This document shows positions 28,375 through 38,652 of a stretch of DNA of 64,000 nt, piece after piece. The translations under genes and the position numbers were made by a program. The stretch spans positions 1 to 64,000 of the IMG/VR virus record IMGVR_UViG_3300024252_000004. One strand, 5' to 3'. The notes beneath the pieces were generated by a model, which was not told where the DNA came from, searched no databases, and worked only from the letters and a program-made list of their open reading frames with translations. The stretch's first letter is position 1. Each line of letters opens with the position of its first letter.

Positions 28375-30762
28375 ATGTTTTCTGATTTAATTTTTGAGGC
28401 AATAATTGTCGACATAAATAGAGCTACAGGACACTGTACTTTAAACCCTACAACTGCAAATGAGAATGATACCGTTCCATCAGTTAAGCTTCCACACTTT
28501 GCAGGTGCTGGAAACGCAGGACTATTTGTGGGGCTAAGCATCGGCACAAGAGTTGTTGCGGCATATACCTCTGGCAGAAGCAGAGAGTCCGCAGTAATTC
28601 TGAACACTCTTCCGAAGGCAGAGCTATATCCAGATTCTTTTTCAGTCAATAACGGAAAAGGTGTTCGAGTTGGCACACAACCTTACCCAGATATAAAGGA
28701 ACATTCTACTGTTCTGCGAGGAAATCGCGGAGCAGAGATTGCGCTTCATGATAACGGAGACATCTCCCAGACAATCGCAGGTGGTGGAGGTACGTTCCTC
28801 AGAAATAATGGAATGAGAACTTCGTACACTACAGTGTCTGAGGCTATATCAGAATACTCTCAGGCAGGCAGAAGCATCTCTGGTGCAGCGAATAGAATTA
28901 GTCCAACAGTGAGGGCTCAGTCTCAGAAGGAAGGTCTTGCAGAGATTCCTTTATTTGCAGATACATTTTTCGCACAGCTTGCAGAGCCAAAGGGGTTCTT
29001 CCATGGTAGCCCTGCAAGATTACAGACTCTTGGCACATCACTCAGGAACCCTGAGATGTCAGAACATAGACACGTCATTAATGAGTTCAGTACGGACAGC
29101 ATGTTCACAGGATTTGTAGATGAAGTATCTCGACTGCAAGGCAACTTATCACTATTCACATATAGTGATGCGTTCCAAAGAAACAGGGAACCTGCGAACT
29201 CTTTACATATGGCGGAGCACGAACTTGTAGAGATCATTGGCGGAAACCTAATCGATATTCACGGCAAAGTTCTTGACATTAACTATCGCGAATTGAACTA
29301 CGGTGGTCCAGAGAATAAGGTACCCACTAAGCAAGTAGAGCAGTCATTTGATAGAGCGAGGAGAATTTCTCGTAGAGGTGTTGGATACCATTTCCAGTTG
29401 GCAACCAACTCTCGCAAAACTGACCCAAGCGCCTATGAAACAAATTTTGCTTTTGATGTAGATAAAGAAGGTGTATTCAAGTTGACTGTTCCAAGGTCAA
29501 CTAACACAGGAAACATTCCATTCACATCATCAGCAGACTACACTGCCCCTGGAGACAACGTAAATGTCTCTCTTGCCCAGGAATCTTCCAGCGAGAGGAT
29601 CCCTGTCATGTTGAGGGATAAGAATGGCGTTCCGTTAATCCCTGCTGGCCTCGAAGAATCCGAAGAAGGCAGAGGTACTGGAGTTAGGTTTTCCAATTCA
29701 AGGAAGAGTCCTTACTTCCCAGCACAAAGTGACACTGGAGTTGCAACCAGCCTTAGAGTTAACACGACAAGATACCATAATATGTATGCTGCTTGCGAAA
29801 GGCTCTTCGGAACCACAGTGCAGAAGGTATATATTCCGGAAGAGTTTACAAATAACTATGGCATCGGACAGGGCAACGCAACTGGTCAGCCATTCGAGGT
29901 ACTGGTTCCGTTAGAAGATCAAGAAGGCGAAACCAATGACTCTCCTATCGCGGCAATCTTGGATATCGCAGAGTATCTTTCAGATCCTAAGAAGCTCATC
30001 GAAGTTATTATCGAAGGAAGCAACTATGATGGATATCCTAAGTTCATGTCTACTGTGGGTGTTGGTCCCGAGCAGCCTGCAATTTATCCAGGTGGAGATA
30101 CAGTTGTTGCTGGAAATATTTTTGAGGATGATACTTTAAATCCACCATTCTCCAATCTTTTTGAGCTTGAGCTTGATGGTGATAACTTTGAAACAGAGAT
30201 TGTTGATGAAGGTGGAAATCCGGCAGTGGACGCTGGCGGTAGATCGGCCAATCTAAACTTCATGGGTCTGGTTGAGATGTCAATTGGCGCAGATAATTTT
30301 GATAAGAAGAGCTTAGTGCTTGACACTGAAGGCTCAGTAGTATCTTGGATTGGAAAGGATAAGAACAATAGAAGCATCATTACACAGACGGATGGAGGAG
30401 TCTTTGTTAATATTGGTGGTACATATAGCGGACAGGATACAACTGCTCCGCAGATGAACCCAGGAAGATTCTCTATGAGAGTTAATCTAACTGACAAAGG
30501 TTTCGTCGATTCTCAGTATGATAGTAGTGCAGTTGAAGATGATGAGAACAAGAACCCTATGGGCAACTCAGATGTGATGATTGATATCAGCGAAGCTGGC
30601 ATTGTTATTGCGGGTATGAATCCAGGCATTCCAATGGTCATTAGAAACTCTGGACAAATTCTTATTGAAAGCTCAGCCTCCCTAACTCTTAAGGGCAACA
30701 GGGTTGAAGCAGTCGGACCAGATGGTAAGGCGATTAACCTCTTAACAACGAAAAATGGATAA
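28375..30762 (+). CDS. Baseplate central spike protein (gp5/gpV-like)
   Basis: N-terminal OB-fold pattern (EAIIVDIN...GLFVGLSIGTRVVAAY); later beta-repeat-like segments; follows the hub. Confidence 0.6.
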   Translation: MFSDLIFEAIIVDINRATGHCTLNPTTANENDTVPSVKLPHFAGAGNAGLFVGLSIGTRVVAAYTSGRSRESAVILNTLPKAELYPDSFSVNNGKGVRVGTQPYPDIKEHSTVLRGNRGAEIALHDNGDISQTIAGGGGTFLRNNGMRTSYTTVSEAISEYSQAGRSISGAANRISPTVRAQSQKEGLAEIPLFADTFFAQLAEPKGFFHGSPARLQTLGTSLRNPEMSEHRHVINEFSTDSMFTGFVDEVSRLQGNLSLFTYSDAFQRNREPANSLHMAEHELVEIIGGNLIDIHGKVLDINYRELNYGGPENKVPTKQVEQSFDRARRISRRGVGYHFQLATNSRKTDPSAYETNFAFDVDKEGVFKLTVPRSTNTGNIPFTSSADYTAPGDNVNVSLAQESSSERIPVMLRDKNGVPLIPAGLEESEEGRGTGVRFSNSRKSPYFPAQSDTGVATSLRVNTTRYHNMYAACERLFGTTVQKVYIPEEFTNNYGIGQGNATGQPFEVLVPLEDQEGETNDSPIAAILDIAEYLSDPKKLIEVIIEGSNYDGYPKFMSTVGVGPEQPAIYPGGDTVVAGNIFEDDTLNPPFSNLFELELDGDNFETEIVDEGGNPAVDAGGRSANLNFMGLVEMSIGADNFDKKSLVLDTEGSVVSWIGKDKNNRSIITQTDGGVFVNIGGTYSGQDTTAPQMNPGRFSMRVNLTDKGFVDSQYDSSAVEDDENKNPMGNSDVMIDISEAGIVIAGMNPGIPMVIRNSGQILIESSASLTLKGNRVEAVGPDGKAINLLTTKNG

Positions 30763-30769
30763 CAGTTAG

Positions 30770-33700
30770 ATGGCATCATTTGTAGAAGCATTCGTTCCCC
30801 CATTCTCATTCGATGAGTGCGTACAGTACGTCCTCGAATGTGAGGGCAAACCTTCGTCTGAAACCGGTGCTGGAGATCTTGATGTTATTTTTCCAGAGTT
30901 CCTCGGAGACTGGCTTCCACTTGCTGGAGGCTCCATCGTCAGGTTCGATCAATCTAATTGGGGCTTGTCTGCCGATGAGAAGGTAGATTCTCTTGTCGGA
31001 AAGAGGCTGGCAGACCTTGGCGATCTGCAACTCAAGAATACACTCGATTCATTAAATGAATTCAGGATGACGCTGAATCGACTCCTTTTCAAGATGAGGG
31101 AGTTCAAGGTTCTTGAGTCCGGTGCTTCATCTAAGCCGCCAAAATTATTCTTCTCTTACTACCAGGGTGATGATGCTCTCCTTGATGACGAGAAGTCAAG
31201 TTCAAGCATTACGAGGATGTGTAAGTTCAAGCACATCCCCTACACTGCATTTAATATTGCTCTATCCTTGGTGGTACCAGCAGAAGAAGAGGATGACGAT
31301 TTTGGAAACGTCGTGGGAGCTTCAGGAAAGACCTTCCGTGAGTTGCTTAAGGCATCCGAAAAACCAAAGGAAAGCGACATCATTGATCTCGTCCTTGAGA
31401 TGTTCGCTGTTTTCAATATCAATGAGGACGACATTGTAAAGTCCAGAGGACCAGCAACAGAGGGCGGGTACTATACCATCTTTGATGAGAAGCTTTACAT
31501 TAAAATGCCTGACATAACCGGACGAGACTCCGCAGGCTACTACTCTGACATCTTTGACAAAGATTCTCACTTCTACATTGAGGCATCGAAAGGAAGAAGG
31601 AGCTACGGTAGGGGAGAATTCCCACTGATTGCTCTGCCCATCCTTGCAACGGTAGATGATGCCTCTGTGCCTTTGCCTGACACTGGCGACGTAGAAATTA
31701 CTATCGATACCGCAACAGATGCTAAAGACATTAAGAATGCATATTTATCTATCCTGTCCGTAGGTCAGACTGTTGAATCTTCAAAGAGGACGGTCAGATT
31801 CTACTCTGATAGCTTAGAAGTATTTTCCATTCCGATGCTTACCATCAATGATTACTTCAAGAACAGAGAGCCTACTATCGAATATGATCTGTCAACTAAG
31901 ACGGATGATATCGAGTTCTACATCAAGCCTGAAGAGGGTGGTATTAGTGTTGGTTCAGATAAAGAGAGTGCCGAAGAGACAGGCGTTCCGTATCTCGGCG
32001 GAGAATATTCTGCCGAGAGTTTCTTTGGTGAAAAGAATAGGGCAGAGATTGTCCTGACAGACTCAGAGAGCCCGGAAGCTGTAAACAAAAATGACAGAAG
32101 GTTCTTCTCTCCAAAAGCATACGGAGCGGTGCCTGTACTTGCAGGTGTTAGACCAAGAGTGCATCAGACAGTTCCAACAAAATGGATAGAGATGAATAGG
32201 GCAGAAGAAGGAGACGACGAAGATAAAGTTAGACTCCTTTTTGATCATTCGAAATTTGATGTGGTTAACTTCGATGCACTCAGCAATGAAGCATCTTTCG
32301 CCCTCTACTTGGAAGACGGCAATGGTCAAATCATTAAGGCTGCGGGTGAGAACATTACAATCTCTACTGGTCTGCCAACGGTTACAAAGGTTTCTCCTGA
32401 CGGATATAAGGGATCAGATGAGATCCTCGCCACATTAAAAGGAACTATCCTTCGCTTCTCTGGCGAGGGATTAACGAATGCAATTGGCATCAACGTTACG
32501 ATCAAAGGAACTGATTCAGTTACCACTACATTGTTCTCCGATCCTGCACTGGTCTACACTGGAAGTTCCACGCTTTCAACATTAGAGTGCAGCGCTCAGT
32601 TATCCTACATTGGTTTGGAACCTGGGCAGGAATACGAACTTTCGCTTCTTAGTATCTCTGGGGAAAGTGGGAATGGTAATTGCGTCTACGTGAATACAGC
32701 AGAGGGTGAAGAGCAGATCAGTAAGTCTAAAGAGCTTGCCAAGTTCAGGATCGATGAGTTCTCAGTTAGACGATTCAAATCAGGATATGTGAGTGAAATC
32801 CCTGTTCTCACAGAGACAAGCGCAGTCTTGCAATTAAAATCAAAGCAGAGATTGTTCACGGGAAATCTTGATATCTTTGCATACATTGGAATTACAGACA
32901 AAGATGTAGCTACCGCTATTGGTGGCGATGATGTGCTTGAGGTATCAGCAGTTGGCAAGACATTCTACGTTCCTCATAACTTAGAGTATGAATTTTCAGC
33001 ATCAGCAAGCGCCGATTTCTCAAGAAAATTCTTTAACGCAAGAGCTGACCTATCAATTCCTGGTTCCAGATATCAAAACTATAACCTTTTCCCATTGCTC
33101 AATGCACCGATTGGTTCTGCGATTATCTTTTACAACAAAAGGATCATAGAAGATGCTCCGACAGGAGTTGTTACCCCAGAAGATGGGGACTATGCAATTA
33201 CATGGCTCGGGCATAATGATGGAAGAAAGCCATTCGTGCTTGGACCGACGGTTCTTGGTTTGGTTGCGGAGCAACCCGGTGGAGAAGGACTCACTTCTAC
33301 ATTCACAATTGAAGAGAAAGATGCGGAGATTAAAAAATCATTTGGCGGAGCAACTCCTGACGTTGGAAGCATTTCAATGTTCCAGAACCTTACGAAGCTT
33401 GGCATCGTATTCTCATGCTCAAAAGGTTCAAACCTCAGAAGGCAACTTACGTTCTATATTGGGAAAACAAAACTGTCTGGACTTTCTGAAAAAATTAAAG
33501 ATCTTGGTGGTGGCAGATTCCTTGCTACGTTTGATAATGTATCTATCAAGGAAGAGGGCGTGCTTGAGGTACGCATTGAGAAAAAGGATAAGGTATTCAG
33601 ATATACCTCAAGTGGAGTTGTAGCTAAGAGAGCCTCATTCGGAATCGACGCGGGCACATACGCATTCAATCAGGATGATGGTGAGCTTACTCTCGGAGAA

Positions 33701-36700
33701 AGCTCCGTCAATTTCTATTCTGATGGTGCAGTAGACACAGATACAAATGCAGCGGATCTTATGATCCCGGGCGGAACATCTGGAGTTCTATTGAATCAGG
33801 CAACATCAACTGAGGCTGAACATAAATTCTTGTATCCGTTAACCATTAGACCTAACGTGTCAATGAAGATTAACATCAGCAATGTAACGTCACTTATCGG
33901 TGGGGCTTCAAACGAAATAGATGACTTAGAAAGATCTTATATGCAGGTTGACTCTGGGGAGGTAATGACGGGACGATCATTCTCTATCAGCGAGACTGGC
34001 TCAGCAGTTGGATATCTAAACTGGGACCTCACGAATGCTGCTACTATCAAGTGCAACGTTCCTGAAATTACGTTAATCAAACCAACCATCGAAGCAGCAA
34101 ATGGATTCACTCCCGACAAGATCAATGGTTCTTTATTGACAGCCGGCAGTGAGATTAAGATTGAAGTAGAGAATTGCAAAAAGAACTTCAAGGTTATCTT
34201 TAATGGCTTGTTCGCAGCGAAGACCAAGGGTCCGCCGCGACGCATCTCTCGTGGTAAGTATGAAGCTGTCATCACAGTTCCAGATGCGGTCATAGCATTT
34301 GACTGTATTGAGATGTGTGTGTCTACTGCCAACTCCCGAAGGCTTGGAGCTAAGCTCGCCATGGGAGAAAAATTCGTTCAGAATATCGGAAAGAACATGA
34401 CCGATAAGCTTGAAGGATTCATGAAGGACAAGACACCTGATATTGATGACCTAAAAGGGCTCATCAAGAAGTTCCCTCTTAGGTTCCTTCAGGTCAAACT
34501 TGACAACTCATTGGTACCGCTTGACCTTATCAAATCTTTCTGTGATTTCTCATGGCACTTAACAGCGGATCTCAAGATTGCGCTTAACGGTTTCCAAACA
34601 CTGCTCATCCCTATTCAGGTTATCCTTTGTATCATCGACGTTATCTGTTCTCTGTTACATCCAGGCAAACTGGCAAGTGCAGTCATCAGGTTGTTCTACT
34701 GTCTCTATGATCTATTGTTACTGCTTCCACAGATCTCTGTGCCAGTTATGTTCTTCAGCCTCATACTTCACCTCTTGAATCTTCTTGAGTGTGTTATCGT
34801 TAAGATCATTGAGACCGTTGTGGCCATCAATGAAATCATAAAGGCAATCGAGATAGCGACGCAGCAGCAGAACCTTTGGGACGCAATCATCACTCTTGAA
34901 GAGGTTATTAGCGAGTATCTTTTTGAATTGAATGTGGACTTGGATGTCCTCGAACCTATCATTTCAATCCTTGCAATCTTCCTACAGATTCTTGAATTGA
35001 TTTTCAACTTCCCATGCCCTCCGGACGACGGCATTGGAGATAAGAGTTGCGGTATTCAAGGCTCTATGCTTGCAGGTATGGTAGCAGGAAAGGTATCTCC
35101 TGGCGATGGAGAATATGATCCGGAGGCTTTAATTCCGGTTGCTCAATATTATACCAATGATTCAATTGAGGATATGATCAGCTCAAACTCTGGCAGTAGC
35201 TATGAAGAGTATAGTCTCGGAGACTCAATTATTGATCAAGGTACTGAAAGCTCATACCTGGAAGCAATGGATATTGATCCTGAGTCTCTAAGGACTACAA
35301 ATGGAGAAGACTTTGATGCTGCGTTCTCTGTATCATTCACTAAGTCAACTAAGGGGCTTGGGCAGCCTACTCTTGTCAAATTCAAATTCAAAGACAAACT
35401 TGACAACTCTGGGTTCTTTAAGAAAAAGGTTCTTGATCCTCTTTTGAATAGGGATGCTCCATTCCACCTTCTCGATAATGACAATGGCACATTAAAGATC
35501 GCTTCTGGTAAGGGCAACTTCATCAGTCCACTTGATGGCACCAAGTTCATCACAAAGGATGGAGAGACCGGTTCAGTTAAGCCTCTTACACTCACCTTCG
35601 AGTTTCCAATTATGGAACCTAACCCTGACACAGGGATGCTTGAAGAGACAGGTATCGAAGAGGTCACCAGAACATTTGATGATATTCCTAAAATGGCAAT
35701 AATGGATGAAGAGGGTAACCTGTACTTCATTGAGCCTGACGGAATTGAATTCGATAGCGACAACAATATTGATCAGATCAAAGCAAGAATTATAAATGAC
35801 ATCTCTGCACCTAAGTTTAGGTTCACAAGGGATGATCAAGAAGTTGATACCGACGATGACGATGTGCCAGATGATGAAGGCAGAGTGTTTGACCTTCCTC
35901 AGCTATTCTTTGTGGACATGAGATCGATTGCTGACGAACTTCAGAACTCTTGTTACGCAGCATCTTACAACGAGTTCCTGCTTGAGAACGAAGAGACTGG
36001 TGACACAGACGATATCGCAGACATCGTAGAGGGAGCGGTTGACTGTATCGAAACATACAGAGCCATCATCAGAGATATGATGAAACAGGTTAGGGAGTCA
36101 CTACAGGCAGGAGAAATTCCTGACCCAATGGATCTCGAAGCTATTGCTGAAGCACATCAGGCTCTCATCGATTGTTTGACTGACTCTGCTGATAGCATGT
36201 GTAGATTTGTTATGAACCCATTAAACTCTTCCTTCTTAATTGAGGAAGATGATGATGAGACTCCGCTCGCAGAGTACCCGGAGGTGTTTGATCCTTCAGA
36301 CCTCGATAATATCGATGTTGAGCAGAGCGGACCATCCTTCACTGGAGCAAGAGAGTTTGCTGGCGGTATTGGTGATAGCCATATTCTGGATATTGGAAAA
36401 GTAGCTACCATTAGAGTTACGCCTCGTGACAGCTATGACATAGAGATGCCAGGAGACTTGTCCGATAAAATTAAGATTAACATTCTGTCTGACAGTACAG
36501 GTAGTGCAATGATTCTTAAGAATGATGACGGTACAACTATAGAACAGAATGGCTCCGACTACTATGTTAGGATTAGTTCTACCAACGAGGGAGAGGTTAA
36601 GCTTGGAGCTTCAGTCTGTGGAAGGACTATTGCAGCGGTTACATATGCTGGAATTACAACCACAGAGGAAGAGGAAGAAGTTGACTGTGTGCCAGATGCT

Positions 36701-36871
36701 CCATCCGAAGTAGAGGAAGCTGCGGCCACAAGGCCAGGAGCACTTGTTAAGGTCGACAGAGTCTTAACACTTTACTACGTAAGACTTGCAAGCACCGCAA
36801 CTATTAAGCTTGATGGCGGAAAGACTGCAACCAGTACAGCTCAGACCTTCGGAACCGCATTGGAGAACTAA
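30770..36871 (+). CDS. Giant virion protein with IPT/TIG- and Big_1-like Ig domains and a hydrophobic helical block
   Basis: 2033 aa; PTVTKVSPDG..G IPT-like motif (~32370); Leu/Ile/Cys-rich block at 34580-35015; invasin-like ATIRVTPRD...YYVRISSTNEGEVKLGASV near the C-terminus. Confidence 0.55.
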   Translation: MASFVEAFVPPFSFDECVQYVLECEGKPSSETGAGDLDVIFPEFLGDWLPLAGGSIVRFDQSNWGLSADEKVDSLVGKRLADLGDLQLKNTLDSLNEFRMTLNRLLFKMREFKVLESGASSKPPKLFFSYYQGDDALLDDEKSSSSITRMCKFKHIPYTAFNIALSLVVPAEEEDDDFGNVVGASGKTFRELLKASEKPKESDIIDLVLEMFAVFNINEDDIVKSRGPATEGGYYTIFDEKLYIKMPDITGRDSAGYYSDIFDKDSHFYIEASKGRRSYGRGEFPLIALPILATVDDASVPLPDTGDVEITIDTATDAKDIKNAYLSILSVGQTVESSKRTVRFYSDSLEVFSIPMLTINDYFKNREPTIEYDLSTKTDDIEFYIKPEEGGISVGSDKESAEETGVPYLGGEYSAESFFGEKNRAEIVLTDSESPEAVNKNDRRFFSPKAYGAVPVLAGVRPRVHQTVPTKWIEMNRAEEGDDEDKVRLLFDHSKFDVVNFDALSNEASFALYLEDGNGQIIKAAGENITISTGLPTVTKVSPDGYKGSDEILATLKGTILRFSGEGLTNAIGINVTIKGTDSVTTTLFSDPALVYTGSSTLSTLECSAQLSYIGLEPGQEYELSLLSISGESGNGNCVYVNTAEGEEQISKSKELAKFRIDEFSVRRFKSGYVSEIPVLTETSAVLQLKSKQRLFTGNLDIFAYIGITDKDVATAIGGDDVLEVSAVGKTFYVPHNLEYEFSASASADFSRKFFNARADLSIPGSRYQNYNLFPLLNAPIGSAIIFYNKRIIEDAPTGVVTPEDGDYAITWLGHNDGRKPFVLGPTVLGLVAEQPGGEGLTSTFTIEEKDAEIKKSFGGATPDVGSISMFQNLTKLGIVFSCSKGSNLRRQLTFYIGKTKLSGLSEKIKDLGGGRFLATFDNVSIKEEGVLEVRIEKKDKVFRYTSSGVVAKRASFGIDAGTYAFNQDDGELTLGESSVNFYSDGAVDTDTNAADLMIPGGTSGVLLNQATSTEAEHKFLYPLTIRPNVSMKINISNVTSLIGGASNEIDDLERSYMQVDSGEVMTGRSFSISETGSAVGYLNWDLTNAATIKCNVPEITLIKPTIEAANGFTPDKINGSLLTAGSEIKIEVENCKKNFKVIFNGLFAAKTKGPPRRISRGKYEAVITVPDAVIAFDCIEMCVSTANSRRLGAKLAMGEKFVQNIGKNMTDKLEGFMKDKTPDIDDLKGLIKKFPLRFLQVKLDNSLVPLDLIKSFCDFSWHLTADLKIALNGFQTLLIPIQVILCIIDVICSLLHPGKLASAVIRLFYCLYDLLLLLPQISVPVMFFSLILHLLNLLECVIVKIIETVVAINEIIKAIEIATQQQNLWDAIITLEEVISEYLFELNVDLDVLEPIISILAIFLQILELIFNFPCPPDDGIGDKSCGIQGSMLAGMVAGKVSPGDGEYDPEALIPVAQYYTNDSIEDMISSNSGSSYEEYSLGDSIIDQGTESSYLEAMDIDPESLRTTNGEDFDAAFSVSFTKSTKGLGQPTLVKFKFKDKLDNSGFFKKKVLDPLLNRDAPFHLLDNDNGTLKIASGKGNFISPLDGTKFITKDGETGSVKPLTLTFEFPIMEPNPDTGMLEETGIEEVTRTFDDIPKMAIMDEEGNLYFIEPDGIEFDSDNNIDQIKARIINDISAPKFRFTRDDQEVDTDDDDVPDDEGRVFDLPQLFFVDMRSIADELQNSCYAASYNEFLLENEETGDTDDIADIVEGAVDCIETYRAIIRDMMKQVRESLQAGEIPDPMDLEAIAEAHQALIDCLTDSADSMCRFVMNPLNSSFLIEEDDDETPLAEYPEVFDPSDLDNIDVEQSGPSFTGAREFAGGIGDSHILDIGKVATIRVTPRDSYDIEMPGDLSDKIKINILSDSTGSAMILKNDDGTTIEQNGSDYYVRISSTNEGEVKLGASVCGRTIAAVTYAGITTTEEEEEVDCVPDAPSEVEEAAATRPGALVKVDRVLTLYYVRLASTATIKLDGGKTATSTAQTFGTALEN

Positions 36872-38589
36872 TGTCAGATACAACAGACCAGGAAGTAAAA
36901 TTAAAAGCTGCTATCGACGCAGCAAAGATATCGCTATCGAAAACCTTTGGCGATGCTGGAGCGGATAAGTATGAGTCATTGACTTATTTTCAAGAGGATG
37001 GCTTGGCAGAAGCTTACCAAAAGGAGGAGGTGTTTACCAATATGGCTAAACAGTTCTCCTCCCTTGGCAAGGAAGTGCGCTCAATGCGTTCATCATTTCT
37101 TCCAGTTGAGCTATTCAAAGAGGATGGAGCTTTATCTCCGGAGCTATCTGATGGACTCGGGAAACTTGAGTCTCATGAGAATGCTTTTATGAGAATGCTT
37201 GGAATGCCTCAGTCTGACGAACTTGGGCTTGCTTCGGGTGGAGCTTCAGATGATGATAGTGCGCAAACGGGTTCCATTACTTATGTCACAAAAAGCGGAG
37301 AGCATAAGCCTGGAGCTTCCTTTGCCGATGTAGAAAGAGAAGTTCTTGATCAACGTGCTAAAAGAAAAGCAGACAGAAAAGTTAAGGTCAACAATTACAT
37401 TTTCGATTTGGATAAAAAGACTGCTGATGAGGTCAAGAAAAAAGATGCAAATAGCCTTTCATTGAATGATGAAGTTCTTGACGAAGTCGATTATCCGAAA
37501 CTTGATGAGTTTGAGCAAAACCCATATGCCTTTAGCTACTTACTTTTTCCACCAATTCAAGACTCACGATTCTCAAAGTGCATTAATGAACCGGGAAAAA
37601 TCGTAGCCCCACTCTTCGGCAACCAGAGAGCAAGGCAAATCAACTCTACGAAAATTAAGCCGACGCTTCTTGAGAGCATCATAAGGATAAGAATCGACAG
37701 ACTCAGCGGTCAAGATTCGCAGAAGTCCTTAAAGATTGCGGCAGATAATATGGTCGAAGATGAAGCTGCGGTTTCTATAGATATCAGTGTAGGCTCAGGA
37801 GAAGAGGAAGACACAGTTGTTCCTTACAGTGAAAGCTATGGCATCCTTGAGGCTCTATTCATCATTAGACTGAGGAGCGCCATCCTTGGGCTGTCAAGAA
37901 AATTTGCGAAAGACAGAGAAGAGATTGTTGCGTCCATGGAGAAGATTGGAATGAAGGTAACTGAGCCAGGACCAGAGCCTGACCCAGATGGCTTAGGTTC
38001 TACATCAAATGGAGAAGCTTCTACCACCACAGAGTGGGATGAGATGATGCCCCTTGTTGCAGACTTCCTTGCAAAATCTCGTTTAGAAGAGCAGCTTCTA
38101 ATTGAGGATTCAATGATGGCCTTATTTGGTAACAGTTCTGGAGCAATTGATTTGCAGAAGAATACACAGAGAAACTCTTCTGTTCACGATGCTCACCTTA
38201 TGAGCGGACTTATTGGGGTTGTTGATGTCCCGCGTGGACGAATCAGAGAAAGGCTTGCTGAGATCCAAAGCAGAAGGGCCAATAATGTAATTTCCCAGAT
38301 TGACCCAATTAGAGAAGGTATCAACGCAATCCTTGGTACAGACATTGGAATTGGCAATCTCGACATGCTCGTATTCTCGCTTGCTCTTTTCTCAATTTCA
38401 GAAGTACATCTGCTAAATCTCCTATCAGACTCAGCTTACGACAGATTAAAAGAAGCTACACTTGGCGACGCGCTGGACAATATTGCGGATCGTAGTCTTG
38501 GGCGCGAAGGCAGAATTGCAGCAGTTAATGAAGTTACTGATTTCGCATATGCAGGCTATCAGGTTTTTGTAAAAGGAATTGCTGGCTGA
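36871..38589 (+). CDS. Hypothetical, mostly helical protein in the baseplate module
   Basis: 572-aa ORF, TAATG-coupled to the upstream gene; no recognised motif. Confidence 0.7.
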   Translation: MSDTTDQEVKLKAAIDAAKISLSKTFGDAGADKYESLTYFQEDGLAEAYQKEEVFTNMAKQFSSLGKEVRSMRSSFLPVELFKEDGALSPELSDGLGKLESHENAFMRMLGMPQSDELGLASGGASDDDSAQTGSITYVTKSGEHKPGASFADVEREVLDQRAKRKADRKVKVNNYIFDLDKKTADEVKKKDANSLSLNDEVLDEVDYPKLDEFEQNPYAFSYLLFPPIQDSRFSKCINEPGKIVAPLFGNQRARQINSTKIKPTLLESIIRIRIDRLSGQDSQKSLKIAADNMVEDEAAVSIDISVGSGEEEDTVVPYSESYGILEALFIIRLRSAILGLSRKFAKDREEIVASMEKIGMKVTEPGPEPDPDGLGSTSNGEASTTTEWDEMMPLVADFLAKSRLEEQLLIEDSMMALFGNSSGAIDLQKNTQRNSSVHDAHLMSGLIGVVDVPRGRIRERLAEIQSRRANNVISQIDPIREGINAILGTDIGIGNLDMLVFSLALFSISEVHLLNLLSDSAYDRLKEATLGDALDNIADRSLGREGRIAAVNEVTDFAYAGYQVFVKGIAG

Positions 38590-38652
38590 GACTACACTCT
38601 TTCTATTATTTTCTCGAAGCTAAACGAGTGTATCTACAGAAAGGGAGTTGTG

